From: Spirochaetia bacterium
GTDB taxonomy: Bacteria; Spirochaetota; Spirochaetia; SP-2023
NCBI GenBank assembly: GCA_965225855.1
Contig: CBDDCK010000004.1
Coordinates: 224,001 to 288,000, forward strand
DNA length: 64,000 bases
Direction of reading: 5' to 3'
Part shown: positions 47,899-58,779 of the stretch, piece by piece
Position numbering within the stretch: position 1 is the first letter of the stretch
Layout: every line of letters begins with the position of its first letter
Program-made: the position numbers and the translations under genes
Notes under the pieces: model-generated
Told to the model about the DNA's origin: nothing
Seen by the model: the letters and a program-made list of their open reading frames with translations, nothing else
Databases searched by the model: none

Positions 47899-49041
47899 TT
47901 AGGCCACCTCGAATGATTTTGTTCGGTATTGTTCTACAGACTTATGGTCTAAACGGATACCCAGACCAGCACCATCTTGGGGTAAATAAGCGTAAGAATC
48001 CTGAATCTTAATAGGAGTTTCCAGCAAATCATGGCTGCGTATTAGACGCCCGAAAATATCACTAGGCCAAATACAACTAGCCGCCGCGTGAACTTGATGA
48101 ACATACATGGCCTCTAGTATACCGAGATCGATTTCCGAGCCATGCCAGCAATACATATTAGCAATGGAAGCAACCGCATCCAGCGTGCGGAAGCGATGCA
48201 AACCAGCATTAAAATTAAAACCATCGGCACTGCAATGCTGGATACAATTGATTATGTCATGAGCTCGTTGGCCTTGGTATATATATGGCAAAGAAATATG
48301 GCGAACAATGCGAATAGATGAAAAATTCCGCAGGCTACGATAATCTTCGAGCATCCACAGAGGCATAGGGTCTTCCAGGATCATTACATTGCCAATTTTT
48401 TCTAATTCACGCACCAGATATTTAACTTCCCCCAGATTCTCCCAACGCTGATTTGGGTCATAAATAATTTTCATTCCGGGAGCATAAGAGCGAATTTCTT
48501 CAGCCCATTCAATCACTGGGTCTTGCAATTCTGCCTTGAGCTTAATGCAATCATAGCCTTCTTTTTGGTATTTCGCGGCAATAAGCCCCATCTCTGCTTT
48601 TTCCCGATAACTAGACCAAGAGCCCACTTTAATCTTTTTCTGCACTACCCCGCCTAGCAATGCAACTAGCGGCATTTTCTTCCACTTTGCATAAGCATCC
48701 CAAATAGCGCACTCGAAACCATCGTGTTCACGATATAAGCCAATTGGGAGTTTTTGCAAGCATAATTGAAGAATATCTTGCCCTAACAGGCTCTGTGCAA
48801 TCGTCTGGACTAATTCGGTATTGTGATCGCGATAAAATTCTCCCAAACCGACTATACCATTGCTTAATTCCATCTCAACAATAAGTTTGGGGAGCTCATC
48901 AAATTGCATTGCCCAAGTATCGGTAGCCTTGCAGACAACAGGCAACATATGCAAAGGTTTATACACATTTTTACTGTTAATTGCTTCAGGCTTTGCAGGA
49001 ACAATTACCTCGGTAAAAGTAAATTTTTGTATACAGCTCAT
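47899..49041 (-). CDS. Enolase-superfamily (mandelate racemase/MLE-like) enzyme
   Basis: GIVGLGE, AIWD, KLK, DPNQ, EDP, GAGLG; ATG 49041 follows AGGGGGA. Confidence 0.88.
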   Translation of the reverse strand: MSCIQKFTFTEVIVPAKPEAINSKNVYKPLHMLPVVCKATDTWAMQFDELPKLIVEMELSNGIVGLGEFYRDHNTELVQTIAQSLLGQDILQLCLQKLPIGLYREHDGFECAIWDAYAKWKKMPLVALLGGVVQKKIKVGSWSSYREKAEMGLIAAKYQKEGYDCIKLKAELQDPVIEWAEEIRSYAPGMKIIYDPNQRWENLGEVKYLVRELEKIGNVMILEDPMPLWMLEDYRSLRNFSSIRIVRHISLPYIYQGQRAHDIINCIQHCSADGFNFNAGLHRFRTLDAVASIANMYCWHGSEIDLGILEAMYVHQVHAAASCIWPSDIFGRLIRSHDLLETPIKIQDSYAYLPQDGAGLGIRLDHKSVEQYRTKSFEVA

Positions 49042-49360
49042 AAATGGCGATCCCCCTATCGAGCAAGCAGTATACAATAGAAATTAAGTTCGTCAATAAA
49101 AAGTTTGTTTTTATTTTAAAATATTTATTTAATAATGATTCCCAAATTTAAAGTAGAGGATCAGAAGGTAAAATGTCTATGTTTCGTTTGTAAAAAGGGA
49201 AGAAAAAATTCATGTAAATATCCTGAATATTTATAGTAGGCATAATTATTGTCAATGATAGGGATTCAACTTATCTAGCCTCTAAATTATAGGATTACCG
49301 TTATAGGCTAAAAATATTGGGTATGAATATTTTAAGTTTTGGTAGAGCAGACATTCCTCT

Positions 49361-49478
49361 TTTCTCATATAAACGCACCTATAAAACCTCTTTTAAATAA
49401 TATCCCCAATGGATATTATAAATAGTTTAAATTATCTCCTTTCTATTTGATTAATATTATTGAGTAAAGGCTTTCGCC
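49361..49478. repeat. Degenerate copy of 47028-47178 (creatininase 3' end to dctP start)
   Basis: 49431-49469 matches 47130-47168 at 36/39 nt; flanking blocks are co-linear. Confidence 0.85.
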
Positions 49479-49746
49479 CCCACCATTGTTCGGCTTATAG
49501 CAAATTCCCTCTATTAAGGGTGGCTACCCTATAATTGAGAATTTAATGCGTCAACAAAAAATTGATTTTTGTGCTGCAAAATAATCTGTATAAAAATGGT
49601 TTGGGAATATCGACCTAAATCGGTATCTAAATCTTGTTGTTTTTTTGCTAGGCTATAAAAATATGACTATGGCTATTTTATAGATACAATTAAAGCGTAT
49701 ATAATGGCGTGCATTGATTTAAGCTATAAAATGTTAGGAGAATCCT

Positions 49747-51135
49747 ATGGAATACGATTATATTTGTATTGGTGGTGGTAGCGGCGGTATTGCTTCTGCC
49801 AACCGGGCAGCGATGCATGGGGCTAAGGTTGCTCTTATAGAAGGGAAAGAGTTAGGGGGTACGTGCGTCAATGTGGGCTGTGTACCCAAAAAAGTTATGT
49901 GGTATGCTTCCCAAATTGCGGAAGCTATGCACTATGCCAAAGATTATGGCTTCCCTTTAGATGCAGGCCAATCTTTAGCTAGTATGGATTGGGGCAAGCT
50001 AATACGCAATCGTCAATCTTATATACAGCTCATTCATCGCTCTTATGATAAGATTCTGGCTAGCAATAAAGTGGATGTCATTCGTGGTTATGCTCAATTC
50101 ATTAAGCCAGATGAGATTGAGGTCCATATTGAGAATGAAGAGAAGAAGTATAGAAGGCTGCATGCACCCCATATCTTAGTAGCTACCGGCGGGCACCCCG
50201 ATATACCCAAAATTCCGGGAGCGGAGTTGGGTATAGATTCAGACGGTTTTTTTGCCTTGCAAAGACGGCCTTCCTGCGTAGCCGTGGTTGGGGCGGGCTA
50301 TATTGCTGTAGAGCTAGCCGGTGTTTTGCGCTCTCTGGGGGTCAAGACAGATTTGTTTGTGCGCAAAGAAGGTCCCTTGCGCAGTTTTGATGAGATGCTG
50401 CAAAAGACTTTACAAGATGAGATGGAAGCAAATGGCATTGTGCTACATCGCCATTCGGCAATACAAGAGCTTACCAAAGAAAGTGATGGCAGCTTAACGC
50501 TACACTTTGAAAATACTAAAAGTAGCCACAACGCAGAGCAAGTAATTTGGGCAATTGGACGCAGCCCCAACATGGCTTTACTCTCGCTGGAAGATGCTGG
50601 CATTGCTTGCAACGAGAACGGTTATATTCCAGTAGATGAATATCAAAATACCAATGTTCAAGGAGTCTATGCCATAGGCGATGTAATACAAGATGGTGTT
50701 GAGCTTACGCCTGTAGCGGTGAAAGCGGGCCGTTTGCTAGCCGAACGCTTGTTTAATGCTAAATCTTACAGCGACATGCCGAAGATGGATTATAAGTTAG
50801 TTCCTACCGTGGTGTTTAGCCATCCGCCAATCGGCAGCATTGGCCTCACGGAAGCAGAAGCAAAACAGCAGTACGGCGAAGAGCTAACGGTATACACCAG
50901 TAGCTTTACTGCAATGTACACAGCTATTACCGAACATCGTCAAGCTTGCCGTATGAAACTACTTTGTGCGGGGTCAGAACAACGGGTTGTAGGGCTACAT
51001 GGTATTGGTTACGGAGTCGATGAGATGATTCAAGGTTTTGGCGTAGCGATGAAGATGGGGGCCACCAAAGCAGATTTTGACAGCGTGGTTGCTATCCACC
51101 CCACCGGCTCGGAAGAATTTGTTACTATGAGATAG
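49747..51135 (+). CDS. gor: Glutathione-disulfide reductase
   Basis: [46 protein letters not shown]. Confidence 0.96.
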   Translation: MEYDYICIGGGSGGIASANRAAMHGAKVALIEGKELGGTCVNVGCVPKKVMWYASQIAEAMHYAKDYGFPLDAGQSLASMDWGKLIRNRQSYIQLIHRSYDKILASNKVDVIRGYAQFIKPDEIEVHIENEEKKYRRLHAPHILVATGGHPDIPKIPGAELGIDSDGFFALQRRPSCVAVVGAGYIAVELAGVLRSLGVKTDLFVRKEGPLRSFDEMLQKTLQDEMEANGIVLHRHSAIQELTKESDGSLTLHFENTKSSHNAEQVIWAIGRSPNMALLSLEDAGIACNENGYIPVDEYQNTNVQGVYAIGDVIQDGVELTPVAVKAGRLLAERLFNAKSYSDMPKMDYKLVPTVVFSHPPIGSIGLTEAEAKQQYGEELTVYTSSFTAMYTAITEHRQACRMKLLCAGSEQRVVGLHGIGYGVDEMIQGFGVAMKMGATKADFDSVVAIHPTGSEEFVTMR

Positions 51136-51497
51136 CAAAAATTAGAAGGACTGCTTACCAGTCCAAAACCGAAAAAGAGCAAATCAAAATTTTGGGGTCT
51201 GGACAATATTAAAGAAGATTTTAGCGCAAAATAAAATAGCAAAAATTTTTTCTTGGCCTTTTGTTGGTCTATGGGTCAAAATACTACATTTATTCAGTAA
51301 CGATAATTTTCTGTGTAAAGTAGGGTCAAAATTACTAGCAAAATTTTATCGATACAAGCTGTATGTTTCTTTATGACACGGTTTACAGCAATTAAAACCG
51401 AGCATTATGATGCGATAAAACAAACTATATCATTTCTAAATAGAAAGATGTATAAAAAAATAAGTAAAAGACACCGTTTGGAAAACATTTACAATTG

Positions 51498-51513
51498 TGG
51501 CATATAATTTGCT
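51498..51513 (+). promoter_or_regulatory. Sigma-54 (-24/-12) promoter
   Basis: TGGCATATAATTTGCT has exact GG-N10-GC spacing, 45 nt upstream of the sigma-factor ATG. Confidence 0.75.
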
Positions 51514-51558
51514 TGTAATGCATATAAAAAATACTATTGTCAGTTTGGAGACGAAAAT

Positions 51559-52392
51559 ATGGATGAAAAAGATGCGCTAGGTATCTATTTAAAAAAGATC
51601 AAAAAACTTCCCTTAATCACCAGTGAAGAAGAAAATAAATTGGCTTTGGCTGCTCAAAAAGGTGATGTTGCTGCGCGTAATAAGTTGGTACAATCTCACC
51701 TGCGCTTTGTGATTAGCGTAGCCAAAAAATATCAAAACAATGGTTTGGCGCTGGAAGATTTAATTAGTGAAGGGAATATTGGTTTGATTCAAGCTATTGA
51801 ACATTACGATGTAAGCCGCGGCTTGCATTTTATTTCCTATGGAGTTTGGTGGATACGCCAATCCATTATGAAAGCCTTAAATGAGCAAGTACGCAGTATT
51901 CGCTTGCCTACAAACCGCAGTAACCAACTGCGCCAAATTGAAAAACGTAGTAAAGAAATTTTGCATGATTCGGGCCAATTGCCAGAATTTGAGGAAGTTG
52001 TCAAACTTTTAGAGTATTCGTTAAATGATATGCGTGAAATACGCAACATTGCCCAAGAAATGATTTCGTTAAATCAAACGCAATCGGATGACTATTCTAT
52101 CCGTTTGGAAGACCAGATGACTTATGAAACTTATTCCTCAGAAGAACAGGCTATTCTAAGTTGCATGTGTAAAGATGTTTTTAGTGCGCTAGCTATTTTG
52201 CGTAAGAAAGAAGCTGATATTGTTATAAAGCGTTTTGGCTTAGATGGTAAACAAGACCCTATGTCGTTGCGTCAAGTTGCAGAAGTTTACAATTTGACTA
52301 AAGAACGTGTACGCCAAATTGAAAAGCAAGCCTTGCAAACTCTGCAAAATTCTCCAAGGACTCGCCATTTAGAAGAATATGTTGCTTCATAG
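51559..52392 (+). CDS. Group-2-like sigma-70 factor (RpoS-like, lacks region 1.1)
   Basis: Region 1.2 (IYLKKIKKLPLIT.EEE), 2.x (HLRFVISVAKKY, EDLISEGNIGL, VWWIRQSI), 4.2 (LTKERVRQIE); 277 aa. Confidence 0.88.
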   Translation: MDEKDALGIYLKKIKKLPLITSEEENKLALAAQKGDVAARNKLVQSHLRFVISVAKKYQNNGLALEDLISEGNIGLIQAIEHYDVSRGLHFISYGVWWIRQSIMKALNEQVRSIRLPTNRSNQLRQIEKRSKEILHDSGQLPEFEEVVKLLEYSLNDMREIRNIAQEMISLNQTQSDDYSIRLEDQMTYETYSSEEQAILSCMCKDVFSALAILRKKEADIVIKRFGLDGKQDPMSLRQVAEVYNLTKERVRQIEKQALQTLQNSPRTRHLEEYVAS

Positions 52393-52704
52393 TTTTCTTA
52401 ATTCAGTTAAGCAATTGTCAGGCTGAATTTTTAGCGATTCTAAAATTACTTTTGGATATTGATTTCATTAGTATAAAAAATAGGGAATTGAAACATATAA
52501 TAAGATTGATGGTATTTCTTGAAATTTTGGTATAAATAGCCGCATCTTTGGTCGTTTGGGAGGCAAGCTTCATCATGAGCAAAATAGTAGATAATTTGCC
52601 AAAATTTGGCTTACAAAAGATTTGTGTTTTTACAATATTTATTTCCCAAACAACAGTTAGATTGAAGTTATAGTCGAATAAAGTAAGCGCCCAAAGAATA
52701 AAAA

Positions 52705-54144
52705 TTATCGCGGGCTTTTTGTTGGGCCTTTAGCAAAATTCTTCTTAGAGCCCCTTCGGCTACTTTTACGAGGATAACCATAATTATTCTGTCTATCTCG
52801 GTAACCTTTTGGACTATGAGACATTCTATCTACTAAACGGTTAATATCCCTTTCAGACTTGCCGATATAGTTATTGCCCTTAACAGAAAATTCTTTAGAC
52901 AACATGGAAGCTAATTTATATGCGATGGTAGAAATATCAAAATCTTCTTTTAATTCCTCTACTAAATCCAGAACCTCATCCTTTACTTCCTGTTCCTTGA
53001 TTTTAGAAATTAAACTATTGACTTTCTTTTCTTGCACCTTCTGGATATTGGGGACGACCTTTGCTTCTAGCTTGCCGCCCGTCTTTTGCTGTATTTTCTG
53101 CAACATTCTAAATTCATGAGGCGTTACAATTGAAACAGCCGTACCCTCTTTGCCAGCCCTGCCCGTCCTACCGATACGATGAACATAGGACTCTGAATCA
53201 AACGGCAAATGATAGTTAAATACATGGCTAACATTATTGACATCTAAACCCCGAGCAGCAACATCTGTGGCAATCAATACCTCAAGACGGCCCTTCTTAA
53301 AAGCATTGATCACTTCTTCGCGTTGCCGTTGTTCCATATCCCCGTGAAGGCCCTTGGCAAAAAAACCTTGGGATATTAAATATGTCGATAGCCTATCTAC
53401 TTCTTTTTTTGTGCGACAAAAGATAATAGATTTTTCCGGATTTTTAAAATCAAATAACCGTAACAAAGCATCATCGCGTTCATACTCATCAACCACATAA
53501 AAAGTTTGCTTAATCAAGGAGTTGCTCATCTCTTTTTTGGTGATGGTGATAAACTCGGGCTCATTCAAAATGGATTTTGCCAAATTCCTAATGGCTGTAG
53601 GCATGGTTGCAGAAAACAATAGAGTCTGCCTCTGCTCTGGAATATAGGTAAAGATTTCTTTGATCTCTTCTAAAAAACCCATATCCAACATCTCATCGGC
53701 TTCATCTAAAACGACATATTCAGGCTCTATGTTTATCTTATGGCCCTGCAGTAAGTCGATCAATCTCCCGGGCGTTGCAACCACTACCCCAGCATTCTCA
53801 ATGTGTTTTAATTGTCTTGCGTAGGATTGCCCACCATAAACTGTTGCAGTATTTATGTTTAAAAATTTTGCAAAACGGTATAACTCATCGGATACCTGCA
53901 TGGCCAACTCCCTAGTAGGAACAACAACCAAAGCCTGTACCCCACTTTTGGGTTTCATCATTTGTATCATCGGTAGGCCAAATGCTGCGGTTTTCCCCGT
54001 ACCCGTATGTGCTTGGGCAACAATATCTTTACCATCTAAAACAATCGGGATTGCATCTGCTTGAATGGGGCTCGGTTCTTTAAAGCCAGCTTCTGCAATA
54101 GCTTGCTGCAGCTTATCTGTAAGATTAAAATCTCTAAAAGTCAT
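52705..54144 (-). CDS. DEAD-box RNA helicase
   Basis: Q motif, TGTGKT, PTRELA, DEAD, SAT, HRIGRTGR. Confidence 0.96.
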   Translation of the reverse strand: MTFRDFNLTDKLQQAIAEAGFKEPSPIQADAIPIVLDGKDIVAQAHTGTGKTAAFGLPMIQMMKPKSGVQALVVVPTRELAMQVSDELYRFAKFLNINTATVYGGQSYARQLKHIENAGVVVATPGRLIDLLQGHKINIEPEYVVLDEADEMLDMGFLEEIKEIFTYIPEQRQTLLFSATMPTAIRNLAKSILNEPEFITITKKEMSNSLIKQTFYVVDEYERDDALLRLFDFKNPEKSIIFCRTKKEVDRLSTYLISQGFFAKGLHGDMEQRQREEVINAFKKGRLEVLIATDVAARGLDVNNVSHVFNYHLPFDSESYVHRIGRTGRAGKEGTAVSIVTPHEFRMLQKIQQKTGGKLEAKVVPNIQKVQEKKVNSLISKIKEQEVKDEVLDLVEELKEDFDISTIAYKLASMLSKEFSVKGNNYIGKSERDINRLVDRMSHSPKGYRDRQNNYGYPRKSSRRGSKKNFAKGPTKSPR

Positions 54145-54379
54145 CTTTTTCCTTATGTAAATTTATTATTGATAGAAAATATTAGGAACACCCACAATTA
54201 GTCTCTTTTCAACAAAATATAAAACAGTCACAAAGCCCTATGATTAATATAGCTAACTGGAAATAATTGAATAAAATATTTAAAAGAAGAAACAAAAAGC
54301 TGAACAGACTAAGCACTTCGAGCCTTGTTCAACTTCTCTCACTCTACCTGAATTGAAATCTCCAGAAAACATATATTTT

Positions 54380-57300
54380 TCATTCTTCATCTTCTTCCAA
54401 ACCTTCTTCTAAATTTGCTTCTAATTCATCAATTGGATTCTTTACCGTTTCAGACGAATAAGAGCTCGCATCATCAAAAAATGGAAATGGATCTTCTTCA
54501 AGCAACAATTCTTCCTTTGCTTCTAGCTCTAATGCCTTTGCTTCAGCTTCAGCTTGTTCAATGCGTCTCCGCTCTAAAATTTCTTGAATATGGGCATCTA
54601 AATCATCCATATCTTCAGTATAAAGCTGCAATTCGCGGTACTTTCTCATTCCCGTACCCGCAGGAATCATATGCCCGATAATAACATTTTCTTTCAATCC
54701 ATTTAGTGGGTCTACATTCCCCGCAATAGCTGCATTGGTCAATACGCGCGTAGTCTCTTGGAATGAAGCCGCAGAAACCCAAGAATTGATATTCAACGAT
54801 GCCTTGGTAATACCTTGCAACAGTGGTCTAGCTACAGCAGGGCGCCCACCTTCACGGATAACATCATCATTTTCGGTTCGGAAAGTATATTTATCCACTT
54901 GCTGGCCATAAATAAACTGGGTATCTCCCACATCTATCACTTCCACTTTCCGCATCATCTGGCGAATAATCACCCCGATATGCTTGTCATTAATATTGAC
55001 GCCTTGCATACGGTAAACTTCTTGGACTTCGTCAACCAAAAAACGCTGCAAAGCATTTTCCCCTTGAATTTCCAGCACCGTATGCGGATCGACAGGGCCA
55101 TCACATAAAGGCTCGGCAACGACAACAGGGTCGCCATCACGCACCAATAAATGTCTGCCCTGTGGAATTAAATGCCGGCTTTCATTGCCATATTGATCTT
55201 CGACAATCACTAAACGCTTACCTTTAAAAAGGCCACGGAATAATACAGTACCCGTAATGGAAGCCAGAACGGTAGCATTTTTAGGCCGCCGAGCTTCAAA
55301 AAGTTCCACAACGCGCGGCAGACCACCGGTAATATCTTGCGTTTTTGCACTTTCTTTGAGCAACTTTGCCAAGATGCGCCCCGCCAAAATCGATGCTCCA
55401 TCTTCGACATTTAAATAAGAACCACCGGGTAAAAAGTAATTGCCAATAACCTCATCTTCTTGATCCAATAATTCAATGCGCGGTTCTAAACTTTGTGAAA
55501 ATTGATCGGCAATCTTTTTCTCAATATTTCCCGTTTCTTCGTTTAGCTCTTCACGCAAGGTAACACCATTGATCAAATCCACAAAACGAACCGTACCCGC
55601 CTGCTCGGCAATAATCGGATCACTAAAAGAATCAAATACCGCTATAGGCTCATCGATACCGACTATTTGGCCCACAGTAACACTAACATTCGAGCCATTT
55701 CTCACTTCTAAACGCTGTTCTTGAGCCACTAATAACAAGATATTATCACTATAAACTAAGAAAGCGGTTTGATGGGCTTCAATAATATCGCCTTGGCTAT
55801 CAATAATCGGGACACCCTTTACCACTCGCTCGCCTGCTTCCAGCAATAACTTATCACCTTCGGCTAACTCATGCCTATCCAAAATCTTGGAAACAAATAT
55901 ATATCCTTTACGAGTAAACAGTAGCCGATTATTGCCCATATTCAAATAATGGCCCTGAATGCTGCGCACCAACACTGGATATTTTAGAGCAATTTTATTG
56001 TCTTCGGCAATAGTTGAAGCCGTACCGCCAACATGGAAAGTACGCATAGTAAGCTGGGTACCCGGCTGGCCAATGGATTGTGCTGCCAAAATACCTACTG
56101 CTTCACCCACATTCACCGTCTTGCGAGTAGATAAGTCGCGGCCATAGCAACGGCAACAAACACCGTAGCGGGCCTCACAAGTTAGCACGGTACGCACGCG
56201 TACTTCTTCAATGCCAATTTGTTCAATACTATCGGCCAGTGTGTCCGTAATTTCTTCATTCACATTGAGAATAAGCTCGCCTGTAATGGGGTGTTTCACT
56301 CGTTCAAGCGTATAGCTGCCACGAATGCGATCAGCCAAACTCTCAACAATTTCTTCACCGTCTTTAAGGGCAGACATCACGATACCGTTTATGGTTCCGC
56401 AATCTTCTTGATTCACCACTACATCTTGTGAAATATCAACTAGGCGGCGGGTAAGATAACCGGCATCGGCTGTCTTCAAAGCGGTGTCAGCTAAGCCCTT
56501 ACGCGCACCATTAGTCGAAATAAAAAATTCAATTACCGAAAGGCCCTCTTTAAAATTGGAACGAATTGGCAACTCAATAATATCACCAGACGGCTTGGCC
56601 ATGAGTCCACGCATACCAGCCAACTGGCGGATTTGGTTGCGAGAACCACGAGCCCCGGAGTCCGCCATAATATAGATATTGTTAAAACCTTGCTGATCTT
56701 CAGAAAGCAAATCCATCATCAAGCGCGTTAAATCTTCATTAGTTTTGCTCCAAACTTCCACTACGCGGTTATAACGCTCTTCATTGGTAATATGGCCTGA
56801 ACGGTACTGTTCTTGAATTTTGGCCACAGCTTGGTTGGACTGTTCGATCAATTCAGGTTTTTGTTTGGGCACCAAAATATCGTCAATGCCAATCGAACAA
56901 CCCAATAAAGTGGCGTTGTGAAAACCAATTTCTTTAATACAATCTAACAATTCTACCGTAACCGATGCTCCATTTTCTTCAAACGAACGCTCAATTAAAC
57001 TGCGTAAACCCTTATCACCTAAAGTTTCATTGACAAAACCAATCTTTTTGGGGATACCTATATTAAACACCACACGGCCGGGAGTGGTCTCCAACCAACG
57101 AGATTCTGTTTCAGTATTTTCTTTCTTTAAGTATGGGTTTGGCACTTTAATCAGAGAGTGATGGGTAATTTGTTTAAAATCTAAAGCTTTAATTACTTCA
57201 TTAAAACTAGAGAAATGGCGTCCTTCACCTTTATCACCCTTGCGGGGTTTGGTCAGTAAATAAATGCCCAACACCATATCTTGCGATGGAAAAACGATGG

Positions 57301-58759
57301 ACATGCCATTGGCAGGGTTCATCAAGTTTTTAGAAGCCAACATCAAAGACCAACACTCTACTTGAGCTGCTTGAGTTAGCGGCAAATGCACCGCCATTTG
57401 GTCTCCATCAAAGTCCGCATTAAACGCATGGCAAACTAAAGGATGCAATTGAATGGCTTTACCTTCTACTAGCACCGGCTCAAAAGCTTGAATACCCAAG
57501 CGGTGCAAAGTCGGCGCACGATTGAGCAATACAGGATGCTCACGCACCACTTCATCGAGCACGCCCCAAACTTCCTTGGTAGTTTGCTCAACTAAAGTCT
57601 TTGCTTTCTTGATATTAAAAACGACTTCTTTTTCTACTAATTTGCGCATGATAAATGGCTTATACAATTCCAAAGCCATTTTGGTTGGCAGACCACATTG
57701 GTGTAATTTAAGCTGTGGCCCTACTACAATTACAGAACGGCCAGAATAATCGACACGTTTACCCAACAAGTTTTGGCGGAATCGGCCCTGCTTCCCTTTG
57801 AGCAAATCAGATAGCGATTTTAAAGGACGATTAGCAGGCCCTTTATTTACTTTTTTGCGTTTGGAATTGTCCAGCAATGCATCGGTAGCTTCCTGCAACA
57901 TGCACTTTTCATTGCGGATAATTACCTCTGGAGCCGTCAGGCTCAGTAGCCTTCTAAGCCGATTGTTGCGATTGATCACACGGCGGTATAAATCATTCAA
58001 ATCCGAAGTAGCAAAACGCCCGCCGTCCAATTGCACCATCGGGCGCAAATCCGGGGGAATAACCGGTATAACATCGAGAATCATCCATTTGGCTTGGTTG
58101 TCCGACCGATTAAAATTTTCTACAATTTCAATGCGCTTGAGCAATTTTTTATCCGCTTTTGCACCTTTCTCAATCATCTTAGCGCGCAATTCTGCCGACA
58201 GTGAATCTAAGTCCAAATTTTCCAACATTTGGCGAATACATTTTGCACCGATGCCCGCATTAAAAGCTTCGCCAAAACGGTCGCGCGCTTCTGAATATTC
58301 TTCCTCCGTCAAAAGCTGATGGACCTCCAACTCCGTATTGCCCGGATCGACCACAATATATTTTTCGTAATACAAAATGGCACGCAACGCACTTTGAGAA
58401 AGGCTTAACAACGCCCCCATACTCGATGGGATCGCCCGGTAATACCAAATATGCGATACCGGAGCAGCTAACTCAACATGCCCCATGCGCTCGCGCCGCA
58501 CGCGACTGTGAGTGATTTCCACACCACAGCGGTCGCAGACAACACCTTTATATCGAATAGATTTAAACTTACCACAAAAACATTCCCATTCTTTAGTCGT
58601 GCCAAAAATACGCTCACAAAATAAACCATCTTTTTCTGGGCGAAGGCTACGATAATTTATCGTTTCGGGTTTTCGAACTTCACCGTAAGACCAACTGCGA
58701 ATTTGATCAGGCGAAGCCAAGCGAATTTTTAAACTATCAAATTCTTGAATATCTTTCAT
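54380..58759 (-). CDS. rpoC: RNA polymerase beta' subunit
   Basis: [10 protein letters not shown], Zn-finger cysteines, QLTMRTFH. Confidence 0.99.
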   Translation of the reverse strand: MKDIQEFDSLKIRLASPDQIRSWSYGEVRKPETINYRSLRPEKDGLFCERIFGTTKEWECFCGKFKSIRYKGVVCDRCGVEITHSRVRRERMGHVELAAPVSHIWYYRAIPSSMGALLSLSQSALRAILYYEKYIVVDPGNTELEVHQLLTEEEYSEARDRFGEAFNAGIGAKCIRQMLENLDLDSLSAELRAKMIEKGAKADKKLLKRIEIVENFNRSDNQAKWMILDVIPVIPPDLRPMVQLDGGRFATSDLNDLYRRVINRNNRLRRLLSLTAPEVIIRNEKCMLQEATDALLDNSKRKKVNKGPANRPLKSLSDLLKGKQGRFRQNLLGKRVDYSGRSVIVVGPQLKLHQCGLPTKMALELYKPFIMRKLVEKEVVFNIKKAKTLVEQTTKEVWGVLDEVVREHPVLLNRAPTLHRLGIQAFEPVLVEGKAIQLHPLVCHAFNADFDGDQMAVHLPLTQAAQVECWSLMLASKNLMNPANGMSIVFPSQDMVLGIYLLTKPRKGDKGEGRHFSSFNEVIKALDFKQITHHSLIKVPNPYLKKENTETESRWLETTPGRVVFNIGIPKKIGFVNETLGDKGLRSLIERSFEENGASVTVELLDCIKEIGFHNATLLGCSIGIDDILVPKQKPELIEQSNQAVAKIQEQYRSGHITNEERYNRVVEVWSKTNEDLTRLMMDLLSEDQQGFNNIYIMADSGARGSRNQIRQLAGMRGLMAKPSGDIIELPIRSNFKEGLSVIEFFISTNGARKGLADTALKTADAGYLTRRLVDISQDVVVNQEDCGTINGIVMSALKDGEEIVESLADRIRGSYTLERVKHPITGELILNVNEEITDTLADSIEQIGIEEVRVRTVLTCEARYGVCCRCYGRDLSTRKTVNVGEAVGILAAQSIGQPGTQLTMRTFHVGGTASTIAEDNKIALKYPVLVRSIQGHYLNMGNNRLLFTRKGYIFVSKILDRHELAEGDKLLLEAGERVVKGVPIIDSQGDIIEAHQTAFLVYSDNILLLVAQEQRLEVRNGSNVSVTVGQIVGIDEPIAVFDSFSDPIIAEQAGTVRFVDLINGVTLREELNEETGNIEKKIADQFSQSLEPRIELLDQEDEVIGNYFLPGGSYLNVEDGASILAGRILAKLLKESAKTQDITGGLPRVVELFEARRPKNATVLASITGTVLFRGLFKGKRLVIVEDQYGNESRHLIPQGRHLLVRDGDPVVVAEPLCDGPVDPHTVLEIQGENALQRFLVDEVQEVYRMQGVNINDKHIGVIIRQMMRKVEVIDVGDTQFIYGQQVDKYTFRTENDDVIREGGRPAVARPLLQGITKASLNINSWVSAASFQETTRVLTNAAIAGNVDPLNGLKENVIIGHMIPAGTGMRKYRELQLYTEDMDDLDAHIQEILERRRIEQAEAEAKALELEAKEELLLEEDPFPFFDDASSYSSETVKNPIDELEANLEEGLEEDEE

Positions 58760-58779
58760 TGGTATAACTCCCTACTTTT

